Position numbers and translations under genes: made by a program
In this document: positions 40,972 to 52,941 of the stretch, piece by piece
How the letters are laid out: each line of letters begins with the position of its first letter
Numbering within the stretch: position 1 is the first letter of the stretch
Notes under the pieces: model-generated
The model's input: the letters and a program-made list of their open reading frames with translations, nothing else
What the model was told of the DNA's origin: nothing
The model's database searches: none
Source of the DNA: Tubulanus polymorphus
Lineage: Eukaryota; Animalia; Nemertea
Reading direction: 5' to 3'
DNA: 64,000 nt
NCBI RefSeq assembly: GCF_964204645.1
Contig: NC_134035.1
Coordinates: forward strand, 10,262,451-10,326,450

Positions 40972-41258
40972 AGCCGTGATCACACAGAGATGATTTGGCC
41001 CGTGCCTAATTAGAGAACGCATTCACAAACCATTCACTCGATACTAAACAATGCTCAAACAAAGCAAAGTGGGTGAATTCCAGTGCCAGTTGCAATTCAA
41101 ACGCAATCATTTGTCCAGTGCTAAAATTTGGCTCGGGCCTGGTCCGTCGGGCCAAATTTGGCCCGACCCAAACAGACTCGGGCCCATTTGGCACCCGTGT
41201 GAACAGTTGTTCCGGGCCAAATTAAGCTCGGGCCAAAAATGCTCGTGTGATCGCGGCT
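40972..41258. mobile_element. ~290-bp TIR MITE family (AGCCGTGATCACAC termini, aaatttggcccg internal repeats)
   Basis: TIR agccgtgatcacac / gtgtgatcgcggct. Further copies or fragments at ~20925-21070, 22364-22612, 23620-23930, 24620-24720, 33430-33775, 34925-35075, 35940-36078, 39510-39780, 41425-41560. Confidence 0.7.
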
Positions 41259-41988
41259 ACAGTGTGGGATTCACTATACAATGTCGATCATGGATACATA
41301 TCAACAATGGTTCTGGCATTGCTTTGTTTATTATTGACATCTCTTTCTTAATTATTCCCAGGGCATCCCTTTTGGTGAAGGCTTTTCAATTATGTGAAAC
41401 AAATTACCAAATTCTACACAAATAAGCCGCCATCACACGGAGACAATTTTGTCCAGGGCAAATTGGCACGGATCAAGCCCGCGCACTCGAGTCTGGTCCA
41501 ACATTTTTGGTCAGGACCAACAGGCACAGGGCCATTTGGCACCTGAGGGATTGCGGCTATGTAAAGTAGAAACTCATACGTTTAGCAAATGTGTTTATAT
41601 CTCAAGTCTTAAAACATGTGCGAAAATGAAATTCCAAGAATAAATGTCGAACCGATAAAACCAATGCCAGTGACTGATGCCAATTGACCGGTATTTCACG
41701 CTCGTACGCGGATTAACAGCGACTGAGGCTGTAATTTTACAATTAGCAAAATTTACACCGTTCATAATTACCCGAGCGAATGCTCATCCATTTTCAACAG
41801 TCTTCATTCGTCTGGAAATATGACTGTAATGAAACAGTATAGAGACGTCTGTTGCATTCGTAGCGGCGGCCATTTTTATCTAGCTCGATCACTGTCGTCT
41901 TCAGCTGGAAAATAGCAAAAGATAATAAATGCTTTATTTTTTCATTCATTTATATCATTGTGAAAGTAAGCTTCTCCCAAAACAGACA

Positions 41989-42525
41989 CAACTAGAAATG
42001 TCTGCATTTAGTATAGACTATTATCCCCGCAGATACCGCACAGTTTGAACGGACTACGAGATGTCCGCCATGCAAGATGTACTACATGAATATACACTAA
42101 AACTGACACCAGTCAGCCATCTTTGATTTCTTTATAAAATGAATCACAGGCGCACAACTACATATTATGCTCAATATGTGTAACAAGTTTCAACAGAATA
42201 CTACGAAACACCTGAAAGATTTGCTTGCCCAAAATACTCTTCAAAGGTAAATACCAAAATGGCTGCCAGTCAGCCATCTTTGCTTGTTTTAGGAAAATAA
42301 ATCACAGATGTGCGACTAAATACCATACTAAATAGCTGTATCAAGTTTCATCAAATTACAACAAAATACGTGTGAGATGTCGGAGTAAAACAACAACTTA
42401 GCCAAAATGGCCGCCAGTCAGCCATCTTTGACCTCTTCAAAACTGCATGTGTACAACTAAATACCATACCAAATAGTTGTACCAAGTTGCATCAAAATTA
42501 ACCAGCAGAAATAGTTGGAGACTAG
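41989..42525. mobile_element. Non-autonomous element with ~150-bp internal tandem repeats (Helitron/Helentron-associated type)
   Basis: Starts caactagaaatgtc...ctattatccccgc. The motif aaaatggcygccagtcagccatctttg + accaagtttca recurs at ~42109, 42265, 42414. Similar arrays at 21830-22350 and 28840-29260. Confidence 0.45.
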
Positions 42526-44299
42526 GAAGAGTTGATCTTGAAGACAGAAAAGGTTAGTTTATTGGTGTAAGGATATGTTGCCTGTATATATGACCTGTCC
42601 ATACTGAAGCTTATCTAGTTGAACATCAGCAAATACTAAGTGCTGCCTTTCACTAAAACTTATGAAATCAAATGTTGCGCTTATTGCGATGGAGAAAGAA
42701 CCAACTTCTTACTTAAAAGTTTTTCAAGCAACAACCGAGCCCTGCGGGTAAAAACCTGATGGAAATGATGTTGACACCGAAAGAAGACTCATTTTCTCTG
42801 ATCGCTAAGTTGTCAGTTTTTTAATACCATGTAACGACAGCGAACGCTACTATGAATACGCTGACCTTTCATTGTATCATATCTTTTGATAATACGATGA
42901 ACGCGATTATGACGAAACCGAAATTAAAAAAGCAACGCACGCATCACCGGTGCACTGACCGATCTTCCCCTAGCGGCACGGCGACAACATCAAAAGTGGC
43001 TCGCTCAAAATCACACACACACACACGCGCGCGAGAGAGAGCGCGGCCGGCGGCGAAAACTTTTTAATCAATTAATTATTTTTCAACGACTCGAGGCAAT
43101 TTTCGCGCTTGTTCCTGGCACTCGCCGGCGCCGCCGTACTGAAACACACGGTCTCGGTCGCTATCAGACGAAACCGCGACTATACGACTAGTAATTAGAA
43201 GTTCGACGAAATAATGAGAAATTTTAATTGCAATTTTTGCTTCGTAAAACTTTACGCAGTCAGTACCTGCAGCACAACTGTCATCATCGAGTTTATATCC
43301 TTCATTGAACATACTCGTTTATTTCAAAAGTGCTTTTTTTTAGAGCGAAATCTTATGGTTTTTTCAACGGCGACGAAAAGCCGTTAATTATTCATACATA
43401 CTGTCTCATATGTTGTTGCTTGAATTTAATTGAACACTTTAAAATACTAATTGGCGAACTTTTTCCATATTCCGCGCGTTGAAAACTGTGAGAAAACACC
43501 ATTACTGAACAGGTTGAATGATTGACAATTCTAACATCTCATTACGTAATTCAGAACATTTCAACTTCGTCCTTTCCAATTGAGAACAGACCGAGTGTTC
43601 ATACTAGCAAAAGTTGGTCCGCGCGTCTAGTTGGACCAGAGATGACAGGTTGATTTAAATGGTCCGATTTAAATTGGTCCATTCCAGATACGGACCAAAT
43701 GAAAATGGAGGTAAGCAATGATATGTAGCTTTAGACTATTCAAGCATGTGCCAAGGGATGTTCAGGGATAGCAAACAAACCCCTAAAATTTCTAAAGTTC
43801 CCTTCAAAAAGTCAGTTTCAGAGTTAGTACTAGTACTGCCCCTCAAAAAAAACCTCAGCACGGACTTACTATCGTGAAACTCGAAGTCGACTTTGAACGA
43901 ACGGCGCGGTGCAGCATTGCGACAATTGCTGCAATAAAACATAATTTCGTAGAAATGGATTCCTTTAATAGCGACGATAACAAAAATCTATAAGACTATC
44001 ATTGATCGTTAATGAATTGCAGTTTTCATTCCGTACGACAGGCTCCAGTTTCATGATATAGAGTCTGAGCTGAAAATGATTAACTATGAATTGTTGTCCT
44101 CATCGAAAACATGAAGTAACCAACTAAAACAAAAAATTTGTACCCTAGGTCCAATTCATGAAAACTTTATAGGCCTAGCTTAAAAACAATGAAATTGTGG
44201 TCCTCATTGATAACATGTAACCAAACCAACTAATCTAAAAATTCTTTTAAATTTCTAAAATGTCCCAGGATAGGTACCCGAATGACGGATCTATCGTCA

Positions 44300-44550
44300 G
44301 AGCTTAAGTTCAAGACCAACTTACTTCTATACATGTATTAGCCAATCTTACAATGTAAGACCAGTCTAATGAATTAAGACAACTTTTGGACTTAAGTCAC
44401 GGCTGTGCAACTGGCCCACTTGGGGCCAGTTTCATAGTCAAGACTCAAGACCATAAGTCGTCTTAAAACCTTAAGTTGTTAGATTGGCTATAGAACTAAG
44501 TTTGTCTTAGACCAGTCTTAAGTCTAAGCCATGACTATGCAACCGGCCCC
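44300..44550. mobile_element. Two adjacent copies of a GGGCCAGTT-TIR MITE family (taagaccagtcttaa / agattggctatag core)
   Basis: Junction gcaactggcccacttggggccagttt. Other copies at ~7620-7790, 26263-26420, 50338-50430, 56684-56886. Confidence 0.6.
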
Positions 44551-47500
44551 TGGAGCTGATACAGTGTTTACAAAAACTATTGGCATTGCCCGATAAAAAA
44601 AAAATGGAAAAATCTTTCCATTCTACCTAATACCCGGATTTGGCCAGCGCGATTTCTACTACTTAAGTTATTACCACGCGGCTATGTGACGTTAAACTGT
44701 TGTCTTAAAGCGCGATGTAGCAAACACTACGATGACGACGGGTTGTAAACCAATAATCAATGATTGAACCGTAGAAGCCGATCGCTTTATTCACATCCCC
44801 CCGACCAATAAATACAATTGATCATTGATCATTTGACGGCATTTCGTCGATAATATCAGTGTGAATGAAATGAGATCGGCGTCGGTTCGGCAGATGTACA
44901 CCAGATGGAAGCAGTTTCTGGCGATGTCGAATTTTCTAATATATCAGCAAAAAACACACAATCATATACATTCCATTTCGAGTGAACAGAACCAATCATG
45001 CCCGTTTACGCAGTTATTAATTCACAGCCTGGAACCGCCTTCACACTGACATTTACAACTTTAACTGTTTTAAACTTCAATTATTTCTAGACCCTGACCT
45101 GAAACTGACCAATGAGGGTTCAGACAGGCCGGACTACCCGATATGTCTAATCGCTGAATATCTCACCAAAAATGAGAGTACAGTTGTAATTTGAAATCAA
45201 AAACAGGAGCTTTATTGAAACTGAACTAGAAATTGTTCTGATTTTGAGAGTTTTTAAAAGTTTTTGGAGTAATGTACATCGTATTTGAGGTCTTAAAAAA
45301 TGCAGATACTACTCTCAAATAGTAATTGTATTGAGGTCTGGGGGCAGAGGGCAGATTCATACCTGTATGAACTAATCACTAAAATCAATCCCTTAAATTA
45401 TTTTCTTTAAGTTAAATTCATAAGGTGAAATGATGATCTTTATGAGATTCAGGGATATCTTTGATTGGAAATATTGCGACTTACCAGGGTCTAGGGGCTG
45501 ATCTTATGAGACCTCTGTAAGAGCCCACCTTAAGGAACTAAAGGGGCTGCCAGAATGGCCTTTTCGATTCCGATTAATACCATGTGAGACCCCGAGATCT
45601 TATCCCCAGAAAATTTATCAAATTCTTTTCGTTTTCCCTGATTTTTTCATGCGATTACACAAGAGCGAATCAGAGAAATTTCTAGGTTTGAAATGTTACA
45701 ATTTTTTTTTTCATTGATTCATGTATTGATAAAGACACATGCGGTCAATAACATTATCCAAATTCCCAGAGTTTCCCGATTTGGTAAAATCTGTTAAATT
45801 CCCTGAGTTTTCCCTATGTCGTCCAACTGGCTGAGTCTTCCAGGTTTTCCAGGTTAACCGGGTAACCTGCAATATGATCGTAACGAACAACGAACTGCAC
45901 GCATTTACCGAAAAGCGGGGAATAGATTTCAATTCGATTTATCGCGCGACTCGTAAAAACTCGAAAACTCAACGACAACAATCGTCATTTATCATTTATC
46001 GCGCAATCATCGACTTAAAATACGAATATAAATCTCATTCGAGCGACGACGGCACGAGGGCCCATTATCGAATGTTTTCATGAAATCCGCACAATACGAC
46101 CGCGCGGCGCGCGACGCAGGTACCGACCTCAGAAATGCATATAAATCGCGCGCCGATCTCCGACACTCATTTATTTCCGCGCTGTCAAATTTTAAAGTTT
46201 AATCCGAAACTGTTTTTGAAAAAGATGGATTAAACCTCATTCGACACGCGGGAACGCGCTACGTATCAACTTATAAATTTTTATAACGACCAACCGACCG
46301 ACCGCATTCGCCAATCGCCTTATACAGATGACTGTTATTCAATGTTAGTACTACATCAATCATAATATTGATGAAAATTGCTTTTGAATATCGGCACCGG
46401 CGAAATGTAACTTTAATCACCGCACTGAATCACGCTGTTGGCATTAGTACGGGCGCGCGAACAAAAGCGCAAAGTAGTATCTCGTAGCTAACTTCGATTT
46501 AAAACTCGAAATATTCATTCGACGCCGATACAACGACCGCATTCATGAGCTTTTAAATTTTTATCGAAAACCGTCGTCATCTTTCACCGCGTCGCGACGA
46601 GATTCCGAACGATTACTCACGTGGTGTATTCATACGTTTTCGAAGAATTTCTGCGGCCTGTTTTTTTGCGCGCCGTCGCCATTCGAAGTAATCACAGCGA
46701 AAAATTCCAAAATCTATAGAAATATGAAGATAACATATCGAAATACAGATCAGTTGGCAAAACCGGATGGCTAATTTCCCCCCATTAATTTCCTAGAGTT
46801 TTATCTAATTTTCCCAACAAAATTCCCTGAAAAAATCTATGGCAGGTGAATGGAGAATTTCTTGGTCTAAAATGATATCTAGACCGCCATTAATTTTTTT
46901 GTGAATCATCTACTAATGAAGAAACGCGTGGTCAAAAGCAACTTTGTCAAATTCGTTTTTAGTTTCTGATTTTTTCTAGATTTTTCTAATAGGCCTAATG
47001 CCGAGTTTACCAGGTTTTTCAGGTACCTAAGCGGCCAAAACATAGAATAAGCAGCGATTTTTCACACCTCCTTTAAAAATATGTCCTATTTGGCAATTTT
47101 TCTCAAATATTAGGGATGTTATTGACTCCTGCCGCCGAAATGCCTTCCCCCTGAATTTACTAACAGTTTTGATAAGACCATGTCTAGGTAGACCCTTTAT
47201 CCCACTAATATGTTGTGGTATCCAGGACAGGACCTTCATTTATTTAATCGGCAGGTTGGGTTCAGGGGGAAAAACGTAAGCTTATCCTCTAAGATCGAAA
47301 ATCTATGTGAAAAAAAATTTGGGTCAAAACTTTTCGAAATTTTGATACATTTTCACGTTTTTTTTTTTAGTAAATGAAAAGTAATTAGTTTAAAAAATTA
47401 AGCATCATGCAAAATATAAATGAGGCATTGTTAGAAATCATATACATTCAAAATCTGTCATTTTTCAATAGGAAAAAAAGCCCGTTTCACCATGGAAGAG

Positions 47501-47932
47501 CCCTTTCTTGAAATGGAACTGCCCCTCAAAAAAGTCCAGCACGGGCCTGGCGCCATCAGGATCAGCAGTGGTGAGTGTTAGTTGACAATCACTCACTCTA
47601 ATCACTACTACTAAACGCATGTATAAATACCTGTACACACTGCCCGAGCGCCTCATCTAGCTGGTCAGAGTAATCGGGATTTAATTGCCCGTGACGGAGA
47701 CTGAGTGGTGGCACGCGCCTCGGCTCAACGTCAACTCATCACGGCCCGGGCAGTCGTCATGCGTACCGGTACGTGGGCTTTCAGTTTTACGTGTGGGGGG
47801 GAGAACCAGGGTTACGTGAAGCAGCGCTGTCGATTGGATTGTTACTAAAGAACCCACTAACAACCGATTCTCTCAAGAAACCCGAATATTTCCAGGCTTA
47901 CAGTTAATTTTTTTCAAGTTCAGTTCATTTAC

Positions 47933-48030
47933 CTGTGGCGGTTATGGTGGCCGGGATGCAAATCGAATGCCACGGTTTGATCTAGACCGTCGAGTGCTGC
48001 CCCTATACACAACGTTGGCGGAAAAAATGG
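47933..48030 (-). other. Probable first (non-coding) exon of an unidentified minus-strand gene divergent from FUZ
   Basis: Minus strand reads ccattttttccgcc...cgccacag|gtaaatga: a good donor site, and CCATTTT resembles a YY1/initiator motif. It lies ~330 bp from the FUZ ATG. The 5' end is approximate. Confidence 0.5.
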
Positions 48031-48356
48031 GAACTAACATACTACTCGCGTGCCAGAGTCTTTGAAGTGTAGTACCGGATAAACTATTAACGGAAAAATA
48101 CACGTTTCTAACAGCGGGTCTAACTAAATGTAGAGAGCTGAAAATTTAAAAAACGGATGAAAAACGACTATTCTATTTCTTCAAAGAGTTAACAGGTTCG
48201 TAGAAATTCCCCTACGAGACCATGTGGTGCTGCCATCTAGTCTAGGTTAGCGAGAATTCAAAGGTCGTCGCTTCTTATTCAATTCAAATCAATACCTTTA
48301 TTTCGGGATTGTAAATAGAGACACGATATCGAGAATAAACGGAGAGAGACTGATCG
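48031..48356. promoter_or_regulatory. Putative bidirectional promoter (FUZ / minus-strand gene)
   Basis: Lies between the divergent first exons. Contains two opposed ACTAC(A) motifs (48041-48073; ZNF143/THAP11-like) and a CTCF-like GTGCTGCCATCTAGT (48227-48241). Confidence 0.5.
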
Positions 48357-51300
48357 ATGGCTGTGCGTCACCTCTACTGCTTCACTGCTGATGGCGGGGT
48401 TCCTATATTTTCGAAGACAAAAGGTGATGCCAAACAGGTACGATCACTCCTCATGCACGGTGTCGGTGCCCTCCTCTCTATCCTTGCCAAAATGCCGTTT
48501 ATATAAATGATCAGATCAGATCGTGACCGACACAGATAGGTTAGTGACTAAATCTGATTATGATGTTATAGTTTTGGAATGTCGTTTCAGCTGCCGTTCC
48601 CTGTTATCGGTGGTTTGAATGGTTTGGACATATACGCCGAAAATCACGCGGCTAAATTACTGTCGGCGTCGTCGGACAATTCAAACGTTATCTGGAAAGT
48701 TTTTCACGATAGGTGAATACCGCATTTTAGGGGTAACCCTTACGGCGTCCTCTCATTTTAACCTTTAAAAAATTAAGTTTGCTTTTAATCTCTTTCTTTT
48801 AACTTGTGAAAAGTGGGTTTTAATTTATCTCATAACCTGTAAGATTAACTGGTTGTTTCGTTTGGTTTTAGTTTTCGTATTCTGTTGGTGAAACAAGAAG
48901 ATGAAACCGATGTGAAATTCGCCGTACAACAAATCGTTTACGTATTCAACGCCCTCGTGCTCATGTACGGCTTCGAGAATTTAGTTCCGATTAAAAATGT
49001 CGAAAAACTCAAAAAAGAAGTGAAGGTAGACCGTCTGAACTGTTCATTTCCGTGAAAAACAGGAGTCTTATTTGACTTGCTTTTTCCCTGATTATTCCCT
49101 AAAATATGTGTTCTTTTCCCTGACTTGATCTACTAAGTATCCAATGAATTAACACGGTTAAATACATAAGACAAAGACTGTTTGATTTTATGCGCGATCT
49201 AGCAATCGTCAAACATTTCCCTGCTTTTTAGTTTTTTTACAAAATATTCCGACTATTATTCCCCGGCCTTTTTAAAGTAGAGAAAAGAAAATAACCAATT
49301 TTTCCCTGATTTCGAGGTAAGTGACCACCCTCTGCAAGGTGCTTACTTGTGGAGAAATTTAGCCACAAAAGAATTTATCCTGACAAGTTTTATTACAATC
49401 TATTGTGTTTTTAGATGCTTATTCACAAAAAAATGTCAACAACTTATTTTCAGATTCAGGAACATGAGCTGATGTTTGCCTCGAGTCCTATCACAAACCT
49501 ATAAAAAGGATCATTTGAAAAGTGAACAACAAAATCCTTTACAAATTTTTGATGTTTTTCAGGTGGCATCCAGTTTAATCGACACACTATTAGAAGGACG
49601 CGGATCGCCGCTATTGTGTGGTGTGACACATTCTGTTGATGTCATCGCATGTCCGGAAAATCTAATTTTACAGGTAAACAATGGAGCCTCATAAACAAGG
49701 AACTTAGTATTTACTCAAATTAACCTTGATATTATCGGATATTTTTTCTGTAGAGTTATTTAGAGGCGTTTATCGAAGCGGCCGACAGTCCGTACGGCTG
49801 TTTATTCATCCGAGGCAAAATCATCGCCGCGTCGAAGAAATGGTGGTCGTTGTCGCAACTCGAACAGGTTCTACTATCGTTGCTGAACGTATCGCTACCG
49901 GAATGTTCATTCAGAGATATTCCTATCTATCTGCCGAAAGCTAGTCCGAAGGTGCGTTCACTGAATAATTCGATCGAAGAAAAAGACCCAAAATTATGGA
50001 GTAAACTATGAGAGTAGTGAACAGTTATGAAAATAGCTTGTACAATAAGTCAAAACATCACTTTACGGTACACTCCTAGTTTTTCTGCATAATTGTGGAG
50101 TTTTTCTTCAAGTCTGAAGGTATTAAGTTAAAATTAGTTCAATTGTGTAACGTCATTAATTGGAAAATTCTTGCCAACTGCTGATATTAAAGGATTGGTT
50201 TTATTTCTCTCAGGTGCCACATAGACTGCTCACTTTCCAGTTGGTGAATGGCGTTGAAGTGTGGGTTATTTGCGGACCGAAACCATCGCTAGTTGAATTG
50301 GAACGTGAGGTAGCTCATTTAATCAATTGATACCCCTTGGCCCAGTTGCACAGCACTATGACCTAAGTCGAAAAGTGGTCTGTAATCTCAAGACTGCCTG
50401 GGCCTTAAGTTGTTAGATTGGCCATAGAATCGCACGGTCCCACCGATTCCTTAAAAACTTCTAAATGGAATGCTTCTAAAGGTGCTTGAAACTCCTTTAA
50501 TTAGAGCAAAATTCCGGAAACTCCTTTCAAACTCTCTGATTTGTTGCCCAATTAGGCAGTTACTGAAAATTAGAAAGGATGAAGATAAACAGTACCAAGT
50601 CCAACTTAGGAGGAGCCTACTCGAATAGGGATAAGAAAGTGATGCAGATGCTTCTTCAAAATTTGATAATTTTCTCCTTGAAAACACCTTATATCCAGGA
50701 ATGACTGATCTGTAGGGAACCTGAATCAACTTAGTCCTAGACTGGTGTTTTATCTAAGAAATGACTACCACATAACTAGTAGTCCCTAAATCATTATCCG
50801 TACAATTTCAGGTGAGCAGATTTTGGCGAACTGCATTCGAAGCGTTGAAATCGTTAACTTGGGTTCATCCGCGTAATCTACCGACGACGGTTCAACTCGA
50901 CGCGAGCGTTCTCGCTCTATTACTCGTCGACACGGCGTCTCGTCGTTGCGTTAGCTCCGTCTGTCCGTCGACGGAATCGTTACGACAACGACAGACCGCT
51001 CGCGACACGAGCCCGGATTATCGCCGGGATCTGTTACGCATGTTTTATAAAAAGGTCGTCGGTGATATTTTCGAATCGGTGCCGAACATCGACGATGAAG
51101 ATACCGATCTAGATAAAGGTAGATAGAATTTTATGTTCGGTTTAGTTTGCCCAAACAGGGTGGCGCCACTTTACGCGCAATTAAAGATCCCCCTAGTTTT
51201 CCCTGATTTTTCCATGTGATTACACAAAATTCTCTAGAGTGAATCAGAGAAATTTCTAGGTTTAAAATGTTTAATTTTTCGTCGAATATCATACTGATAA

Positions 51301-52070
51301 AGAAATATCCAGCAATAGAGTTTTTCAGATCAGTGGCCACCCTGCTAAATTTTCAATCTTTTCTAAGCATTTACATAACACGCATGTTTAGCATTGGCCT
51401 CAGCAAAAATTCATAAATACTGCGTAGTCTTCATGAATTTTTGGCATCGGGGATAATGATTTTCGATACTGGATACACCAAACTAAAGCGAGATTAAAAG
51501 AATAGGTTGATGCGAAAAGACATTCTAATTCCCTTTAAGTTTGTTAAAAGGTGGTTAATTCACGAGTTTTTTGTCTGTTTTAGGAATACAACGGTTCAGC
51601 GAGTTACTACATAAAGCTAAAGAAACCTATACGGTGACGAATACACATAAACTTTACGCGTTGCAAGATAAAAATCATCAACTGTTCCTATTGTTCTCTA
51701 CAAATATTCCTACATTCGCTATGAGGTAATTTATACATTCTAACTGAACCAGTCAACTCCCGAGCAACTAGCGCTCAAGAGTCACCAACTGTCAGACCAG
51801 ATGAAGAGGTGCAATGTGGATAAGTGTCTTACCAGAGGACATGACAGAAATAAACATGACCTGGCATCCCACGGTTACACGCTATAATCACTCACTCACC
51901 CACACCACTCCATTTCTGAGTGAAGTTAAAGTTAATCGAGTTAACCACAGTAGTATGGGTTGTATTAACTAATAAAAAGTCTTTATGGTTTTTGTAGGTC
52001 GGTTACAAAGAAAACACTGGAAGCCTGTTTAAAGGATAAAAGCGTCCAGTTCGCGCTGTCATCTCGATGA
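48357..52070 (+). CDS. FUZ: Protein fuzzy homolog (planar cell polarity effector / CPLANE tri-longin subunit), complete 9-exon CDS, 427 aa
   Basis: Exons: 48357-48437, 48591-48712, 48872-49025, 49563-49673, 49754-49951, 50214-50309, 50812-51118, 51584-51725, 51998-52070. All introns are GT-AG, phases are consistent, and the total is 1284 nt ending in TGA. Translation MAVRHLYCFTADGGVPIFSKTKGDAKQLPFPVIGGLNGLDIY...VIWKVFHDS...IKNVEKLKKEVK...KKWWSLSQLEQ...RDIPIYLPKASPKVPHRLLTFQL...ICGPKPSL matches remembered FUZ motifs (GVPLF, LPFSVIGSLNG, WKSFHDS, NVERLKKDLR, DYPVYLPHGSPTVPHRLLTL, CGPSPPL). Confidence 0.95.
51156..51344. mobile_element. CAGGGTGG-terminated MITE family (hAT-like ends; ttccctga repeats) in FUZ intron 7
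   Basis: cagggtggcgccact...agtggccaccctg. Other copies at ~5250-5415, 8746-9015, 20620-20884, 35628-35863, 45610-45870, 46780-47035, 49070-49332. No clear 8-bp TSD. Confidence 0.6.
51775..51900 (-). mobile_element. SINE remnant in FUZ intron 8
   Basis: Minus strand gtcctctggtaagacacttatccacattgc resembles the conserved gtccttgggcaagacactta central domain of widespread metazoan SINEs. Confidence 0.35.
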
Positions 52071-52156
52071 TACAGAATCAGCTGCCCAAGAATAAAATCA
52101 TCAATTCCCATCACTTCGTCCATATTATTATTAGATAACATTATTTTATTTTTTAC

Positions 52157-52166
52157 AATAAATAAA
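52157..52166 (+). terminator. Candidate FUZ polyadenylation signals (overlapping AATAAA)
   Basis: AATAAATAAA ~90 nt after the stop codon, followed by T/GT-rich sequence. Confidence 0.5.
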
Positions 52167-52624
52167 GCATTATAGTTTTGTTACGGACTTTTGTTAAATA
52201 ATAATCAACATTATCACTCTTATATAGCGGGTGTATTTTTATTCGTATCTCTATAAAATAGTAAATAAACTTAATTCAATAAAGTAACAATTTGTGGTTT
52301 GTTGTATCTTCAAAAGGAATGTGGAGTCCTTGTACATTACAGTTGACTAGCAATATATTGCAGAATATATAAAGCACATGTTTAATGTAGGTATTAATCT
52401 GCTGCCTGGATCCTGCAACCCTTATTAAATTCTACACTTCAACCCCATTCATTCTTACAATTGTCGATCGTCCTAACTTCAACCATATGTATGTTGAGGA
52501 CCTCACCCCTCGGACATTTTTCATGGAAAACGAACTAATGAATTGACTCTAAACACCAGATTTAAGTCATTCTATCACCACACTTTCAAAATTAATACTT
52601 CACATTGATACCAGCATCAATATA

Positions 52625-52770
52625 TAGTGGAACCTCGTTACAGCGAACTTCACGGGACCAGAAAATCTGTTCGTTATATCGAGTATGAAATAAAATGAAT
52701 TGTCTTACTTTGGACAAAATTCTATATTTGTTAGACCCGATGAATCATTGTATCTGAGTTCGTTATAATG
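52625..52770. mobile_element. Tc1/mariner (pogo/Tigger-like) MITE remnant between the FUZ and HPS5 stops
   Basis: ta|tagtggaacctcgttacagcgaac with repeated ttcgttata motifs. Confidence 0.45.
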
Positions 52771-52941
52771 TATTACCGGCAGATACTTTGCTCACTAGTT
52801 TTTGGAAACAAAAAAGTTTCCAAGATTCTATCATTTAAGCCATCATGATTATTTAAGGCAAAAATGGACGAGCCGGGGAGAGGAGGTAAAAAAGAGAACC
52901 CTCCTGACCTCCTTAATTAACATGAACTATTCACGGAATGT

